Assembly: GCA_003552585.1 (NCBI GenBank)
Contig: PUNK01000057.1
Coordinates: 720 to 64,719 of the forward strand
Source of the DNA: Thermoplasmata archaeon
GTDB lineage: Archaea; Thermoplasmatota; Thermoplasmata; Halarchaeoplasmatales; Halarchaeoplasmataceae
DNA length: 64,000 nt
Direction of reading: 5' to 3'
Below the pieces are notes generated by a model. That model worked only from the letters and a program-made list of their open reading frames with translations. It was not told where the DNA came from and made no database searches. Positions 1-10,632 of the stretch are shown piece by piece. The translations under genes and the position numbers were made by a program. Numbering within the stretch: position 1 is the first letter of the stretch; each line of letters starts with the position of its first letter.

Positions 1-47
1 ACCGTAACCTATATATCTTCATTCTCATATTGTATGAATGGATAAAA

Positions 48-323
48 ATGATCCGTAAGCATGTGTACTTCTCTGGTAAGGTGCAGGGAGTCTATTTCAG
101 GTACAATACCAAAAAAAAGGCTGAAAAAGAAGGTGTAACTGGTTGGGTGAAAAACCTAAGAGATGGAAGGGTTGAAGCCATCTTTGAAGGTCCAAAAGAT
201 AAGGTAAACGAAGTGATAAGATGGTGTTGTGAGGAACAGCCTCATGCCCTCGTGGATGATGTTGAAGTAAAAGAGGAGGAATATGCCAAAGAATTCGATA
301 GATTCCGAATAAAACATGTATGA
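48..323 (+). CDS. acyP: acylphosphatase (ORF track starts at TTG 30; ATG at 48 gives MIRKHVYFSGKVQGV)
   Basis: VxGxVQGVxFR and GWVxNxxDGxV acylphosphatase signature motifs; ~90 aa. Confidence 0.8.
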   Translation: MIRKHVYFSGKVQGVYFRYNTKKKAEKEGVTGWVKNLRDGRVEAIFEGPKDKVNEVIRWCCEEQPHALVDDVEVKEEEYAKEFDRFRIKHV

Positions 324-332
324 GAAGGGGTT

Positions 333-626
333 TTAGGAGACTTCCACGGTTTTGTCTCCAAGTTTTTCTTTGAACTCAATCTCGATCTCCAGTTCTTTTT
401 CTCCATAGCCTTCATATTCGATCTCTAGTTCTATAGGTTCTCTAAATTTGAATGGGATCTCCCAGTCTTTCGTTTTCACAGTGATCTCGTCTCCTTTTTT
501 CATCTGTTCTGCAAGTGCTATCAGGAAGTCAGCCACCTGCTCCTTACTGAGATATGTTTCCCATTCCAAGTCTCCTTCTTTTATTATCCTTTTTTCTTTT
601 TTTTCTTCGCTCGGTATTTCAGGCAT
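333..626 (-). CDS. amphi-Trp domain-like small acidic protein
   Basis: EQVADFLIALAEQMKKGDEITVKTKDWEIPFKF...ELEIEIEF pattern typical of amphi-Trp domain proteins. Confidence 0.45.
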   Translation of the reverse strand: MPEIPSEEKKEKRIIKEGDLEWETYLSKEQVADFLIALAEQMKKGDEITVKTKDWEIPFKFREPIELEIEYEGYGEKELEIEIEFKEKLGDKTVEVS

Positions 627-684
627 GATATCACCAAAAAATCAATATACCTGTAAGATATAAACTTTCTTAGGAATTTTATAC

Positions 685-999
685 GTGATAAAAATGGACC
701 CTCTAGATATATTAGGATCAAAATCTAGGCTTAAAATCCTTAGGATGCTCTCCCGGGAAGATATGTATGTATCGGAACTGATGGAAAAAGTAAAGATGGA
801 TGGTAAAACATGTAAACATCATTTAGAGTGCTTAGAAAATGTAGGATTGATATCTTCAAGGTTTGAAGGAAGGAGAAAGTATTATTCTTTAGATAAAGAA
901 GTGTACTTGCACATATCTCCTTCACCAAATAGACGATATGAGCTTCAGTTTTCTAAAGATCGTGATGATTACTCTAAAGGTCCATATTCATCAGGATGA
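685..999 (+). CDS. ArsR-family winged-helix transcriptional regulator
   Basis: SKSRLKILRMLSREDMYVSELMEKV...KHHLECLENVGLISSRFEGRRKYYSL HTH pattern; hairpin plus T-run downstream. Confidence 0.6.
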   Translation: MIKMDPLDILGSKSRLKILRMLSREDMYVSELMEKVKMDGKTCKHHLECLENVGLISSRFEGRRKYYSLDKEVYLHISPSPNRRYELQFSKDRDDYSKGPYSSG

Positions 1000-1084
1000 T
1001 GCTGTCATCCTCTTTTAACTTGTGGGCCTTAGGTTTTTTTCATCTTTTCCTTAAAGAAGGCAGCTAAAGCTATTATTACCAAGA

Positions 1085-2473
1085 TCAATTTTTCCCTTTA
1101 ATAGGCTTGAATTCAGCCATAAAGTGTCCTAACAATTCTGGAGCATAAACCCTTTCGAGACCAGAAATTTTTTCTCTATTCTTGTAAAGTTCTATTACGG
1201 ATTCAGCAACATACTTTAATTGATTTAAACTGTAAACCCTTCTTGGGATGGCAAGGCGCATATGTTCGAACGGGGCAGGGATGATGTTTCCATCCTCATC
1301 CGTTTCACCAAAAGCACTACTTCCTAATTCTACCCCTCTGATCCCTGATTTTATATAAAGCTGCGTAGTCAATGCCTGTGCAGGGAATTCTTCTTGAGGT
1401 ATATGTGGCAAAAATCTTTTTGCATCTATGAAGACTGCATGCCCTCCTACTGGTCGAGTTATCGGAACTCCCTCTTTGTGGAGTAAATCACCTAGATATT
1501 CGACTTGTTTACACCTGTATTTTAAATAGTCAAAATCCGTCGCTTCTCTCAACCCTTGGGCTATTGACGCTAGTTCTCTACATGCCATGCCCCCATAGGT
1601 TGGAAATCCTTCTATTATTATGCCTAATTCAGTACATGTTCTATGAAGTTCTTCGTCATGCATACCTATTAAACCACCGATGTTAGAGAGTCCATCCTTC
1701 TTTGCACTAAAGGTAAATCCATCCACGTGTGAGAACATTTCTTTAACGATCTCCTGTATCGTTTTATTTTTATAACCTTCTTCCCTAACTTTGATGAAGT
1801 ATGCGTTTTCAGCGAATCTACATGCGTCAAAAAAGAAGGGTATATCGTGATCTTTTGCTATTTTACTAACTTTCTTTATATTATTCATAGAAACCGGTTG
1901 TGCTCCTGCGGTGTTATTAGTGACTGTCATCATAATCAACGGTATCTTTTCGACACCTTTTTCATCGATGAAATTTTCAAGTTTTTTGATATCCATATTT
2001 CCTTTAAAGTCTACTTTTTTCCTTGTGTCGTAGGCATCTTCAATCACCAGGTTAACTGGTGTGCCTCCCTTGTGTTTAACATTGGCATAGGTTGTATCAA
2101 AATGCATGTTATTGACAACGAAATCTCCTTCATTTACAACATTTGAAAACAGTATATTTTCAGCAGCCCGCCCTTGGTGAACTGGAACGAATTTATCAAA
2201 ACCGAATATGTCTGATACGGCCGAAGAAAGCATTTCATAGGAATCACTTCCAGCATAGGCTTGATCGGTCGTGATCATCCGTGCCCATTGCTCATCGCTC
2301 AATGCAGACATCCCTGAATCGGTGAGTAAGTCTATGAAAACTTCTCTGGATTTGAGCTTGAAAACGTTGTAACCCTTTTTTTCGATCCTATCACGTCTTT
2401 CAGCTTCGGTAAGCCTATTTAATTGTTCGACCATCTTAATTCTGAAAGGTTCCGGTTGTGTCATGTTGTTCAC
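1085..2473 (-). CDS. tryptophanase / tyrosine phenol-lyase family (beta-eliminating lyase, PLP-dependent)
   Basis: 462 aa; strong family-wide similarity including PLP-lysine region FSAKKDGLSNIGG and the N-terminal FRIKMVEQL...RDRIEKKGYNVF. Confidence 0.8.
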   Translation of the reverse strand: MNNMTQPEPFRIKMVEQLNRLTEAERRDRIEKKGYNVFKLKSREVFIDLLTDSGMSALSDEQWARMITTDQAYAGSDSYEMLSSAVSDIFGFDKFVPVHQGRAAENILFSNVVNEGDFVVNNMHFDTTYANVKHKGGTPVNLVIEDAYDTRKKVDFKGNMDIKKLENFIDEKGVEKIPLIMMTVTNNTAGAQPVSMNNIKKVSKIAKDHDIPFFFDACRFAENAYFIKVREEGYKNKTIQEIVKEMFSHVDGFTFSAKKDGLSNIGGLIGMHDEELHRTCTELGIIIEGFPTYGGMACRELASIAQGLREATDFDYLKYRCKQVEYLGDLLHKEGVPITRPVGGHAVFIDAKRFLPHIPQEEFPAQALTTQLYIKSGIRGVELGSSAFGETDEDGNIIPAPFEHMRLAIPRRVYSLNQLKYVAESVIELYKNREKISGLERVYAPELLGHFMAEFKPIKGKN

Positions 2474-2691
2474 TTCTAAAACCGGATTCGCACCCCCTTA
2501 TTTAAGTTTAGAGGAAAAGCGGGTTGCAAGGCCAAGGATTTGAGGAGGAGTAAAAACATCGGGCCCTGCAACCCTCCAACTGGGCGGAGCAAGCCTACTT
2601 ATAAATAATTTGCGCTTTTAAATGCGGATAAAATTACCGTTCTTTTTCAAGATAAATTATAAAAGAAAGTTATCAGATATAGTCCTTAACC

Positions 2692-4335
2692 ATGAAAGAT
2701 AAGGGAAAGGGCAAAATTAAGAGAATACAAGAGATAACCACTATATTGATCGAACACGGATTAGTGGAGTTTATAAAAGAAATCGGACTTTCTAGTTTCT
2801 TATCTCGCAAAAAGTTAGAGGACCGCCTTGAGAAACAAATGCAAGAGGCAAAAGCTGAAGATCTGAGGAGGCTTCTTGAGGATTTAGGACCCACCTTCAT
2901 CAAACTTGGGCAATTTTTAGCATTGAGGCCTGATCTGGTTCCGATGGAATTTGCAAACGAATTGAGGAAATTGTACGAACACGTAAGCCCTTATCCTCCG
3001 GAAAAAGCCCGCAAGATAATCGAAAAGGAGCTTAAAAAGCCATTATGTGATATTTTTGAGGAGTTTTACAACACTCCACTTGCAGCTGCATCTATCGGAC
3101 AGGTTCATGAAGCAACATTAAAAACGGGGGAGGAAGTGGTTGTAAAAGTCCAGAGACCGAACATAACTAATAGAATTAGAGCGGATATGGAACTCATAAA
3201 GAAGATTGCACAACTTATTGAAAAATGGGTTCCTGAAAGCGAAATTTATCATCCTCAAGATACTATTGAAGAATTTAAAAAGATGCTTGAAAAAGAGATA
3301 AATTATACCATCGAAGCTAGACATGGTCAGCGTTTTTATGATTCATTCAAAGACGATCCTACTGTTATCATACCAAAAATTCATTGGGAATACGTGACCA
3401 GGAAGGTTTTGGTCATGGAGAATATTGAAGGGAAAAGCATGAGAATAGCCATGGATGGAAATCTACCGACCAAGTTCCGCAAGGAACTAGCAACGAATTT
3501 TGCCCGTTCCATGCTACGACAATTTTTTATACACGGTTTTTTCCATGCCGATCCATCTCCCGGTAATATTTATTATACCCCAGAAGGAGAGATAATCCTT
3601 TTTGATTTTGGAGCTGTTGGGCGTTTGACAGAAGAAAGAAAAAACAAGGTAATAGATCTGTTTATGGCCATGGCTGACGAAGACACAGAGAAGACAGTAG
3701 ATATCTTGCTGGATCTGAGCGTAAAGCATGGCGAATTCAATAGAGATGAACTAGCTTGGGATATAGATGATGTTTTAGATCTCTATCGACATAAAGGAGA
3801 TATATTATTCAGAGAAGGGGCAGAAGATGAGATAATGACGATAGTAAATAAGCACAATATCTCTCTCCCCCCTGATTTCCTTTTGATGCAGCGTGCTCTT
3901 GTAGAAACCGAAGGTATCTGTACAACTTTAGACCCAGATTTTGATTTTTTCAAGGCGGCAGAACCTGTAATACTCGATGTTATCAAAATGAGATACGGAC
4001 CGAGGGCACAGGTCGATAAATTTGTAGGAAGTATACGAAGTTACGGGTCTTTATTTCATGACTTGCCCAAAAAGGCAAATAATATTCTCGAGCGTTTTGA
4101 AGAAAGGGATTTTGCAGTGACGATTGAACACAAAGGATTAAAAGAACTAGAGGAAAGATTAGACCAAATTTCTAATCTGTTAAGCTTTACGGTAATAACT
4201 GCAGCTATCATCATCGGATCAGCACTCTTAGTTCTATCTGGAGAAGAAGCTTTCTTTGGACCTTACATCTTTCTAGTGTCTGTTCTTATAGGAATATGGT
4301 TGTTATCTATTATTGTAAGAAGAGGAAGTTATTGA
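2692..4335 (+). CDS. ABC1/UbiB-family atypical kinase with C-terminal TM helices
   Basis: RPDLVPMEFANELRKL, IGQVHEATL, DPSPGNI and DFGAVG motifs of the ABC1/AarF family; hydrophobic C-terminus. Confidence 0.8.
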   Translation: MKDKGKGKIKRIQEITTILIEHGLVEFIKEIGLSSFLSRKKLEDRLEKQMQEAKAEDLRRLLEDLGPTFIKLGQFLALRPDLVPMEFANELRKLYEHVSPYPPEKARKIIEKELKKPLCDIFEEFYNTPLAAASIGQVHEATLKTGEEVVVKVQRPNITNRIRADMELIKKIAQLIEKWVPESEIYHPQDTIEEFKKMLEKEINYTIEARHGQRFYDSFKDDPTVIIPKIHWEYVTRKVLVMENIEGKSMRIAMDGNLPTKFRKELATNFARSMLRQFFIHGFFHADPSPGNIYYTPEGEIILFDFGAVGRLTEERKNKVIDLFMAMADEDTEKTVDILLDLSVKHGEFNRDELAWDIDDVLDLYRHKGDILFREGAEDEIMTIVNKHNISLPPDFLLMQRALVETEGICTTLDPDFDFFKAAEPVILDVIKMRYGPRAQVDKFVGSIRSYGSLFHDLPKKANNILERFEERDFAVTIEHKGLKELEERLDQISNLLSFTVITAAIIIGSALLVLSGEEAFFGPYIFLVSVLIGIWLLSIIVRRGSY

Positions 4336-4349
4336 TAAGAAGTTTGAAA

Positions 4350-4407
4350 CGAGATAATGGCGATATCAGTACCTATTGATCTCGGCAATTATCTCGTCGA
4401 TTTTTTT
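4350..4407 (+). terminator. hairpin plus oligo-T downstream of the ABC1 kinase gene
   Basis: perfect 9-bp inverted repeat cgagataat ... attatctcg followed by ttttttt. Confidence 0.4.
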
Positions 4408-4624
4408 GATTACTTTCTCCTTCTTTTTACACATCTTATCACTTGAGACCGTGGGAAAAATTAACTCTATATATATTTTTTGCTATCTCCGCTTTTAATC
4501 TTTTGTTAAAATTGGAATAAGATTAGCTAGCGAGCTTGATAAGGCTGCCGAAAGACTTATAAAGTGCATCCATATAGGATAAATTGAATCCATATCTGAT
4601 AAATTACTGGACAGTGCTGGAAAC

Positions 4625-5494
4625 ATGACTGAACTTCTTGAGGAATTGGAAGAAAAAAGAAAGCGTGCAAATTCTAAAGCAGAAAAATACAAAAGACTCA
4701 GGGATAAACTGAATAGTGAGGCCAAATCCTGGGTACAGAAGAGAGACGAGTTGAACGCCCAGGTAAGAGAGCTAATAGATCAAGGGAATGAACTCAAGGA
4801 AGAGCGAGACCGATTAAATAAGGAAGTTCAGAAAGCCAAAAAGAAGCGCAATGAAATGAATAACTTAGTTAGAGATTGTGATCACAAACTGAAAAAGAAA
4901 AAAAATGAGCTTTTACCTAAAGAGGGCCCAACCGTACCACAGCTTGAAAAAGATATCAGAAGGTTAGAGTTTAAACAACAAACAGAGGTCCTAAAGAAGG
5001 AAAAAGAACAAGAGCTTATCGATAAGATATCATCCATAAAACAAGAGATCAACGAAAGAAAAAGGGTTCTCGAGGAGAACGAAGAGATTCAAAAACTTAA
5101 AAAGGGTCTGAAGGAAGCAAAAGCTAAAGCAGAAGAAGCACACGCAACCGTGGAGGAAAAGGCAGCTAAAGCTCAAGAAAAGCATGAAAAGATGCTTAAG
5201 GTCTTCGATGAAGCTGACAAGATGAGAAAGAAGGCAGACGAGGCACAAAGAAAATTTGTAGAAGCAAAGGTTGAGGCAGACGAGTACCATCAGAATCATA
5301 TAGAGGCCGTCAACGAGGTGCAGGACTACAACAAAATACTCTTCGGTCTAAAGAAAAAGAAACGGATGGCTAAGAAGAGAAAGGATGAAGAAGATACAAA
5401 GGATCGAGCTGAAATTTTGTACGAAGAATTTAAGAAAGGAGAGAAACTAGCCACCGAAGACATAATGGTTCTTCAAAAAGCAGGACTACTTTGA
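4625..5494 (+). CDS. archaeal coiled-coil protein (COG1340-like)
   Basis: 289 aa, almost entirely K/E-rich heptad coiled coil. Confidence 0.45.
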   Translation: MTELLEELEEKRKRANSKAEKYKRLRDKLNSEAKSWVQKRDELNAQVRELIDQGNELKEERDRLNKEVQKAKKKRNEMNNLVRDCDHKLKKKKNELLPKEGPTVPQLEKDIRRLEFKQQTEVLKKEKEQELIDKISSIKQEINERKRVLEENEEIQKLKKGLKEAKAKAEEAHATVEEKAAKAQEKHEKMLKVFDEADKMRKKADEAQRKFVEAKVEADEYHQNHIEAVNEVQDYNKILFGLKKKKRMAKKRKDEEDTKDRAEILYEEFKKGEKLATEDIMVLQKAGLL

Positions 5495-5553
5495 ACTAAT
5501 TTTTTAGAAAGACAATCCAAAATCTAATAACCATCCTTTTCTATTCCAAATCG

Positions 5554-6492
5554 ATGTCAAAAGACGCTGTATTTGAAAAGAAACATGTGGTATCGGTAAG
5601 AGATTTTTCGACTAGTGATATAGAAATAGTCCTTGACAGGGCTGAGGAGATGCTCCCCATCCTTGGAGGGAAAAAGGAGGGCAATTCCCTCGAAGGAAAG
5701 ATCTTAGCCAACCTCTTTTTTGAGCCTAGTACTAGGACCATGCTTTCATTCGAAGCAGCCATGAAAAGGCTTTCGGGGCAGACAATTGGTTTTGCAAATC
5801 CAGAAGTTTCTTCAGTAAAAAAGGGTGAAACACTGGCTGACACGATCCGTGTTGCTTCAAGTTATGCTGATATTGTAGTGCTAAGACATCCACAAGAGGG
5901 AGCTGCAACCCTTGCATCTAAATTCTCCACCACACCTGTGATTAATGCAGGCGATGGAGCAGGTCAGCACCCCACACAAACTTTATTGGACCTATTCACT
6001 ATCAGAAAAGAGAGAGGGGATATATCTGATAACCACATTGGAATAGCAGGGGATTTGAAGTATGGACGAACAGTTCATTCACTAACTCAAGCACTGGCCA
6101 TGTACGATACTGAACTGACCTTTTTGGCACCTTCTTCCCTGCAGATGCCCAGGGAAATACTTCGCAAACTGGACGAAGGAGGTATCCAATATTGGTTGAA
6201 GGATGACATAGGTGATGCTATAAGTGAACTTGATGTATTATACGTTACAAGGATCCAAAGAGAGAGGTTCCCCAACGAAGAGGAGTATTTGCATGTCGCT
6301 AGCAGCTATAACATCAACCTAGAAACAGTAGAGAATGCAAAAGAAAGTCTTGTCATAATGCACCCACTTCCGAGGGTGGATGAAATCTCACCGGAAGTTG
6401 ACAACACTGATTATGCAAGATATTTTGAACAAGCCGCTAATGGCATACCGATCCGTATGGCACTTCTTGAGTTGCTCTTGGGGGTGAACTGA
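5554..6492 (+). CDS. pyrB: aspartate carbamoyltransferase catalytic subunit
   Basis: [29 protein letters not shown] and HPLP motifs. Confidence 0.9.
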   Translation: MSKDAVFEKKHVVSVRDFSTSDIEIVLDRAEEMLPILGGKKEGNSLEGKILANLFFEPSTRTMLSFEAAMKRLSGQTIGFANPEVSSVKKGETLADTIRVASSYADIVVLRHPQEGAATLASKFSTTPVINAGDGAGQHPTQTLLDLFTIRKERGDISDNHIGIAGDLKYGRTVHSLTQALAMYDTELTFLAPSSLQMPREILRKLDEGGIQYWLKDDIGDAISELDVLYVTRIQRERFPNEEEYLHVASSYNINLETVENAKESLVIMHPLPRVDEISPEVDNTDYARYFEQAANGIPIRMALLELLLGVN

Positions 6493-6965
6493 TGGTCGAC
6501 GATGAGAAATCCATCAAAATCACTCCGATCAAAAATGGAACAGTAATAGATCATATAAGCAGTGGACAGGCGATCAAGGTTATGAGGATACTCAGCATGA
6601 CTGAGGGAGATGTGGAGAATATAGTTAGTATCGCCATGAATGTTGATAGTAGCAAAGGAAAAAAGGACATTGTAAAAGTTGAGGACCGTGAAATAGGAAG
6701 CGATGAATTGAATAAGATATCACTCATCGCTCCTGAAGCGACTATAAATATTATCCGCAATTATGGAGTAGTGGAAAAGAAACGGGTTAATCTTCCTGAT
6801 AGGGTTAAAGAGATAGTAAGATGTAAAAATCGCAACTGTATCAGCAATAAAAATGAGCCAGTTTCTCCAGAATTCATCGTCGAAGCAGGGAGAAAAGTGA
6901 CATTAAGGTGCATCTATTGTAACCGGGAGATGCGTGGGGGTGAGATCTCTGACAACCTCATGTGA
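6492..6965 (+). CDS. pyrI: aspartate carbamoyltransferase regulatory subunit
   Basis: abuts pyrB with a 1-nt overlap; C-terminal Zn domain CKNRNC...CIYCNRE. Confidence 0.85.
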   Translation: MVDDEKSIKITPIKNGTVIDHISSGQAIKVMRILSMTEGDVENIVSIAMNVDSSKGKKDIVKVEDREIGSDELNKISLIAPEATINIIRNYGVVEKKRVNLPDRVKEIVRCKNRNCISNKNEPVSPEFIVEAGRKVTLRCIYCNREMRGGEISDNLM

Positions 6966-6966
6966 A

Positions 6967-7950
6967 TTAAATGAAGCTGGCCAAAACTAAGGGAAGTAAT
7001 ACTGTAGCGTCTCCTTCAACAGTGATCCTGTCTGCGTCTCCTTTGACCTTTCCCCACGAAACAGCTTCTCTGATGCGGGCGCCCGATAAAGAACCGTCAT
7101 ATTCCACGGCCGTGGTGATGTAAACAGCATATTCCAAGCCACCCCTGAACTGGTTCCACCAGATGGTATGATGTTTGGATATGCCTCCTCCTATCATAAG
7201 TGCTCCTGTTTTTTCACAAGGAAATATGATATCTGCTATCTCTTGCTGATCTTTCAACAGATTCAATGAGAAGTTTTTGTCGTTCTGCCAATACATCCAA
7301 AGTTGTGAGCCAAATGCCCCATCCAAGATGCCTGGAACGAAGATAGGTATTTCGTTTTTATAGGCCCAGTATAACAAGGAATCTTTATCATCTACACGTT
7401 TACCGAATTCCCATATAAGTTCACTTGGGCTAAGATTGTAACCTTTCTCTTCGATTATGTCTGTTAGTATGGGTTGCATGTTTTTTTCTAGAGTCTCCCC
7501 GTAAGAAGAGTTAGGTATGAAAATATTACCCAGTCTGTTAACTCCTTTTTTATGTAAATCATCATCATCAGCATCGAAGGCACCGTGATAATAATCTTCC
7601 CAAACCCGTGCAAGATCATGGTCTAATGTACCGCAAGTTGTGATAACTACATCAAATAATTCCTTCCTTAGAGCGTCCTTTATCACTCCCCTAGTACCTG
7701 TTGAAACTATACATGCTGGAAATGATAAGAAGTTAACACAATCATCGTTGAACATATTTTTTAGTACATCTCTAGCCAAGCCCACCTTCTTAGAGACGAA
7801 ACCCCCTGAATTCCAATATTGATCTATCAAATCTCTTACGTTAGTGGAACCTGATAATTCCATATCTTCTACTTTTCTTTTCTTCATTGTCTTTCCAGGA
7901 AACGATGGCATAATAAAAAGGTAAGGGTTTAGCTCACCTCGATTTTGCAA
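6967..7950 (-). CDS. dys: deoxyhypusine synthase
   Basis: MIGGGISKHH and other DHS family motifs; ~320 aa. Confidence 0.8.
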   Translation of the reverse strand: MQNRGELNPYLFIMPSFPGKTMKKRKVEDMELSGSTNVRDLIDQYWNSGGFVSKKVGLARDVLKNMFNDDCVNFLSFPACIVSTGTRGVIKDALRKELFDVVITTCGTLDHDLARVWEDYYHGAFDADDDDLHKKGVNRLGNIFIPNSSYGETLEKNMQPILTDIIEEKGYNLSPSELIWEFGKRVDDKDSLLYWAYKNEIPIFVPGILDGAFGSQLWMYWQNDKNFSLNLLKDQQEIADIIFPCEKTGALMIGGGISKHHTIWWNQFRGGLEYAVYITTAVEYDGSLSGARIREAVSWGKVKGDADRITVEGDATVLLPLVLASFI

Positions 7951-7972
7951 AGAATTAGATTTTTGTATTTGG

Positions 7973-8002
7973 CGTCCGACAGTTTAAAAAAATACGTCCG
8001 AC
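7973..8002. promoter_or_regulatory. TATA element tttaaaaaaata flanked by the direct repeat cgtccgac, in the divergent dys/ftsZ region
   Basis: seen directly; positioned ~35 nt upstream of the dys start on the minus strand. Confidence 0.3.
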
Positions 8003-8124
8003 GTTGAATATTGACATTATAGCCTCTGGGTTGCTTACTTTGGATGGCTAGTACTGTGCAAAGATATGACAAATAATAGAAAATGCTTAAATAGTTAAAG
8101 TCGATACTACATACACCAGAATGG

Positions 8125-9258
8125 ATGGGATTCGTCATGGAATCTATAATTAATGAAGCTCTAAAAAAGCATAAGAAGGAAGAAAAAATTGGGAAAGAAG
8201 ACAAACGAATAGAGAGTATGGAATCTGCACCAGAAGATGAAGAACTTAGAAAACTTGTAGATACACTAGAAGTTAAGATAAGGATTTTCGGTTGTGGAGG
8301 AGGAGGATCCAACACCATCGATCGTCTGACAGAGGAAGGTATCACTGGCGCGGAGTTGATAGCCTGTAATACCGATGCCAATCATCTTCTTCATACACAT
8401 GCTCAAAAGAAGGTTCTCATCGGAAAGAACCAGACAAGAGGATTGGGCGCTGGAGCTAGACCTGAGGTAGGAGAACAGTCTGCACTGGAGGCTAAAGAGG
8501 AACTTCAGAGATACGTGGACGGTTCAGATATTGTATTTATCACCGCAGGAATGGGCGGTGGCACAGGGACAGGTTGTGCTCCCGTGATAGCAGATATGGC
8601 CAAAGAAGAAGGTGCCTTGGTGATGTCAATAGTTACCATGCCGTTCGAAGGCGAAGGCCGGGAAAGGATGAACAACGCTCAACGAGGGCTGATGAAACTG
8701 GAAAGACATTGTGATACAACGGTTGTCATACCCAATGATAGACTTCTTGAATTGGTACCGAACTTACCTTTGGAAGCTGCCTTCAAGGTCGCAGATGAGA
8801 TACTGATGGAATCGATAAAAGGCATCACTGAAATCATCACCAAACCTGGATTGGTGAACCTAGACTACAATGACGTAAGAACGGTTATGGATGAGGGTGG
8901 TTTGGCAATGATAGGAATCGGCGATTCTGATGATCCGAATACCAGAGTAGAGGATGCAGTGTCTCAGGCAATAAATTCACCACTGTTAGGTGATATCGAT
9001 GTTAGCGAAGCCAAGGGAGCACTCATCAGAGTCATAGGTGGACAGGATATGACGGTAACCGAGGCACAAAGGGCAGCAGATCTAGTTAATGAAAAGATAT
9101 CGAAAGAAGCTAGAATAATCTGGGGTTGCAATGTTGAAGATGACATGCAAAATACGATCAAGATCATGTTAGTGATCACTAACGTGCATTCGGATACTGA
9201 AGAATTCGCAAAGATGTCTATGGGTTCTCTGGGTGACGATATAGACTTAGTCGGATGA
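8125..9258 (+). CDS. ftsZ: cell division GTPase FtsZ
   Basis: GGGGSN, GGGTGTG tubulin signature and T7 loop; ~45-aa charged N-terminal extension. Confidence 0.9.
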   Translation: MGFVMESIINEALKKHKKEEKIGKEDKRIESMESAPEDEELRKLVDTLEVKIRIFGCGGGGSNTIDRLTEEGITGAELIACNTDANHLLHTHAQKKVLIGKNQTRGLGAGARPEVGEQSALEAKEELQRYVDGSDIVFITAGMGGGTGTGCAPVIADMAKEEGALVMSIVTMPFEGEGRERMNNAQRGLMKLERHCDTTVVIPNDRLLELVPNLPLEAAFKVADEILMESIKGITEIITKPGLVNLDYNDVRTVMDEGGLAMIGIGDSDDPNTRVEDAVSQAINSPLLGDIDVSEAKGALIRVIGGQDMTVTEAQRAADLVNEKISKEARIIWGCNVEDDMQNTIKIMLVITNVHSDTEEFAKMSMGSLGDDIDLVG

Positions 9259-9307
9259 TGATACCACCAAAAATATAACACCCTTCTTTCCTTTTCTTTA
9301 CATATCT

Positions 9308-9904
9308 ATGATAGCTAAAGGAGCAGGTATCCCGCTTTCACTTGTTATATTATCCAGTATATGTGCAATGCTGCTCTATCTGATGTATGGTGGATTTTTT
9401 GTCTATCTCTCTTTGGCTTTTGTTTTGTTGACACTTTTTTTCATAATATTTTTTAGAGATCCTGAGAGAACAAATGCTGAAGGGATATTATCTCCAGCTG
9501 ATGGTCGGGTAGACGAATTAAAGAAAAAAAGGATTGAGGTATTCATGAATATAACGGATGTTCATGTAAATCGTTCCCCGGTATCAGGTAAGATCGCCAG
9601 TATTAAGTATATTCCTGGCAAGCATAGACCTGCTTTTTCCAGTTCAACGGGTTCAAATGAACGTCTGAAGATTAAGATAGAATCGGAAGATAAAGAGATC
9701 GTATTGACCCAAGTGGCGGGAGTATTCGCAAGACGTATCGTACCCTATGTAAAAGAAGGAGATTTTGTACAAAAGGGTGATAGGATAGGTATGATCCGTT
9801 TTGGCTCTAGGGTGATCTTGGAGTTTTCGCTTGATGTAGACTTTTCTGTTGAAAGAGGTCAAAAAGTCAAAGCTGCTGAAACATCTTTGGGGGTATGGAA
9901 GTGA
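9308..9904 (+). CDS. psd: archaetidylserine (phosphatidylserine) decarboxylase proenzyme
   Basis: FGS self-cleavage motif (MIRFGSRV) and N-terminal TM segment; operon with pssA. Confidence 0.75.
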   Translation: MIAKGAGIPLSLVILSSICAMLLYLMYGGFFVYLSLAFVLLTLFFIIFFRDPERTNAEGILSPADGRVDELKKKRIEVFMNITDVHVNRSPVSGKIASIKYIPGKHRPAFSSSTGSNERLKIKIESEDKEIVLTQVAGVFARRIVPYVKEGDFVQKGDRIGMIRFGSRVILEFSLDVDFSVERGQKVKAAETSLGVWK

Positions 9905-10632
9905 ATAGTCTTAAAAGATTATCTTTAGCAGATGTTGTAACTTTGACCAACGGTCTTTTAGGTTTTTTAGCTATAACATACATAGTCGATAAAAGGTATT
10001 TTGAGGCCTCTGCCTTGATAATTGCTTGTATCGCTGTCGATGGTTTGGATGGAATCGTTGCTAGATGGCGGGGCACCGAACACAAGGTTGGAGCCTATCT
10101 AGATCTATTTTCGGATACGGTATCTTTTTCATTCGCACCTGCACTATTACTTTATTCGCTTTATTATGATCCATTATTAGGTAGAGCTTGGGAATCGATT
10201 AATAATGCCATAGCAACCTTAGTTCCATGCGTTATAGTGTTTTTAGCAGTTTTAAGACTGTCTAGATTTGCAGATGTTGAATCCGATTTATCATATTATA
10301 GAGGATTACCGACACCATTGTTTGCTCTATTAATCATAGTGATTTCTTGGTTATTTGGAGGCATGTATCATCTTTATTTTTCATCATATTTTGTTCTATT
10401 GGGCATTCTAATTGCTTCTTCACTTCTTTACTCAAAGACACGTTATCCTAAGTTGAGGAAACCTTTGTACTTGACTGCAGGTTCGATCCTTCTTGTTATA
10501 TCATTTATCGGTGTTTTCCTTTCGAAAAATAGTTATTACTTTGGTACAATATTGCTTTACACTGCACTCGCAGGATGCTTGATATATATGATTGCAGGAC
10601 CATTCATGGTGGCTAAAGATGATAGAAGATGA
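9895..10632 (+). CDS. pssA: CDP-alcohol phosphatidyltransferase (archaetidylserine synthase)
   Basis: DGxDGxxARxxxxxxxxGxxxDxxxD motif (DGLDGIVARWRG...DLFSD); polytopic membrane protein. Confidence 0.8.
   Translation: MEVNSLKRLSLADVVTLTNGLLGFLAITYIVDKRYFEASALIIACIAVDGLDGIVARWRGTEHKVGAYLDLFSDTVSFSFAPALLLYSLYYDPLLGRAWESINNAIATLVPCVIVFLAVLRLSRFADVESDLSYYRGLPTPLFALLIIVISWLFGGMYHLYFSSYFVLLGILIASSLLYSKTRYPKLRKPLYLTAGSILLVISFIGVFLSKNSYYFGTILLYTALAGCLIYMIAGPFMVAKDDRR

Noticed and set aside
2500-2600. GC-rich island tested as a tRNA gene on either strand
   Set aside because: No fold satisfies U8, U33, a GTTCRANYC T-loop and a 7-bp acceptor stem. Retained only as a hairpin element.
4495-4725. 76-aa minus-strand ORF upstream of the coiled-coil gene
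   Set aside because: Leu/Ser-rich low-complexity product, overlaps the coiled-coil gene start, sits on the terminator/promoter region.
7929-8381. 150-aa minus-strand ORF across the dys/ftsZ divergent region
   Set aside because: Ser/Ile-rich low-complexity translation, spans the promoter region and overlaps the ftsZ 5' end antisense.
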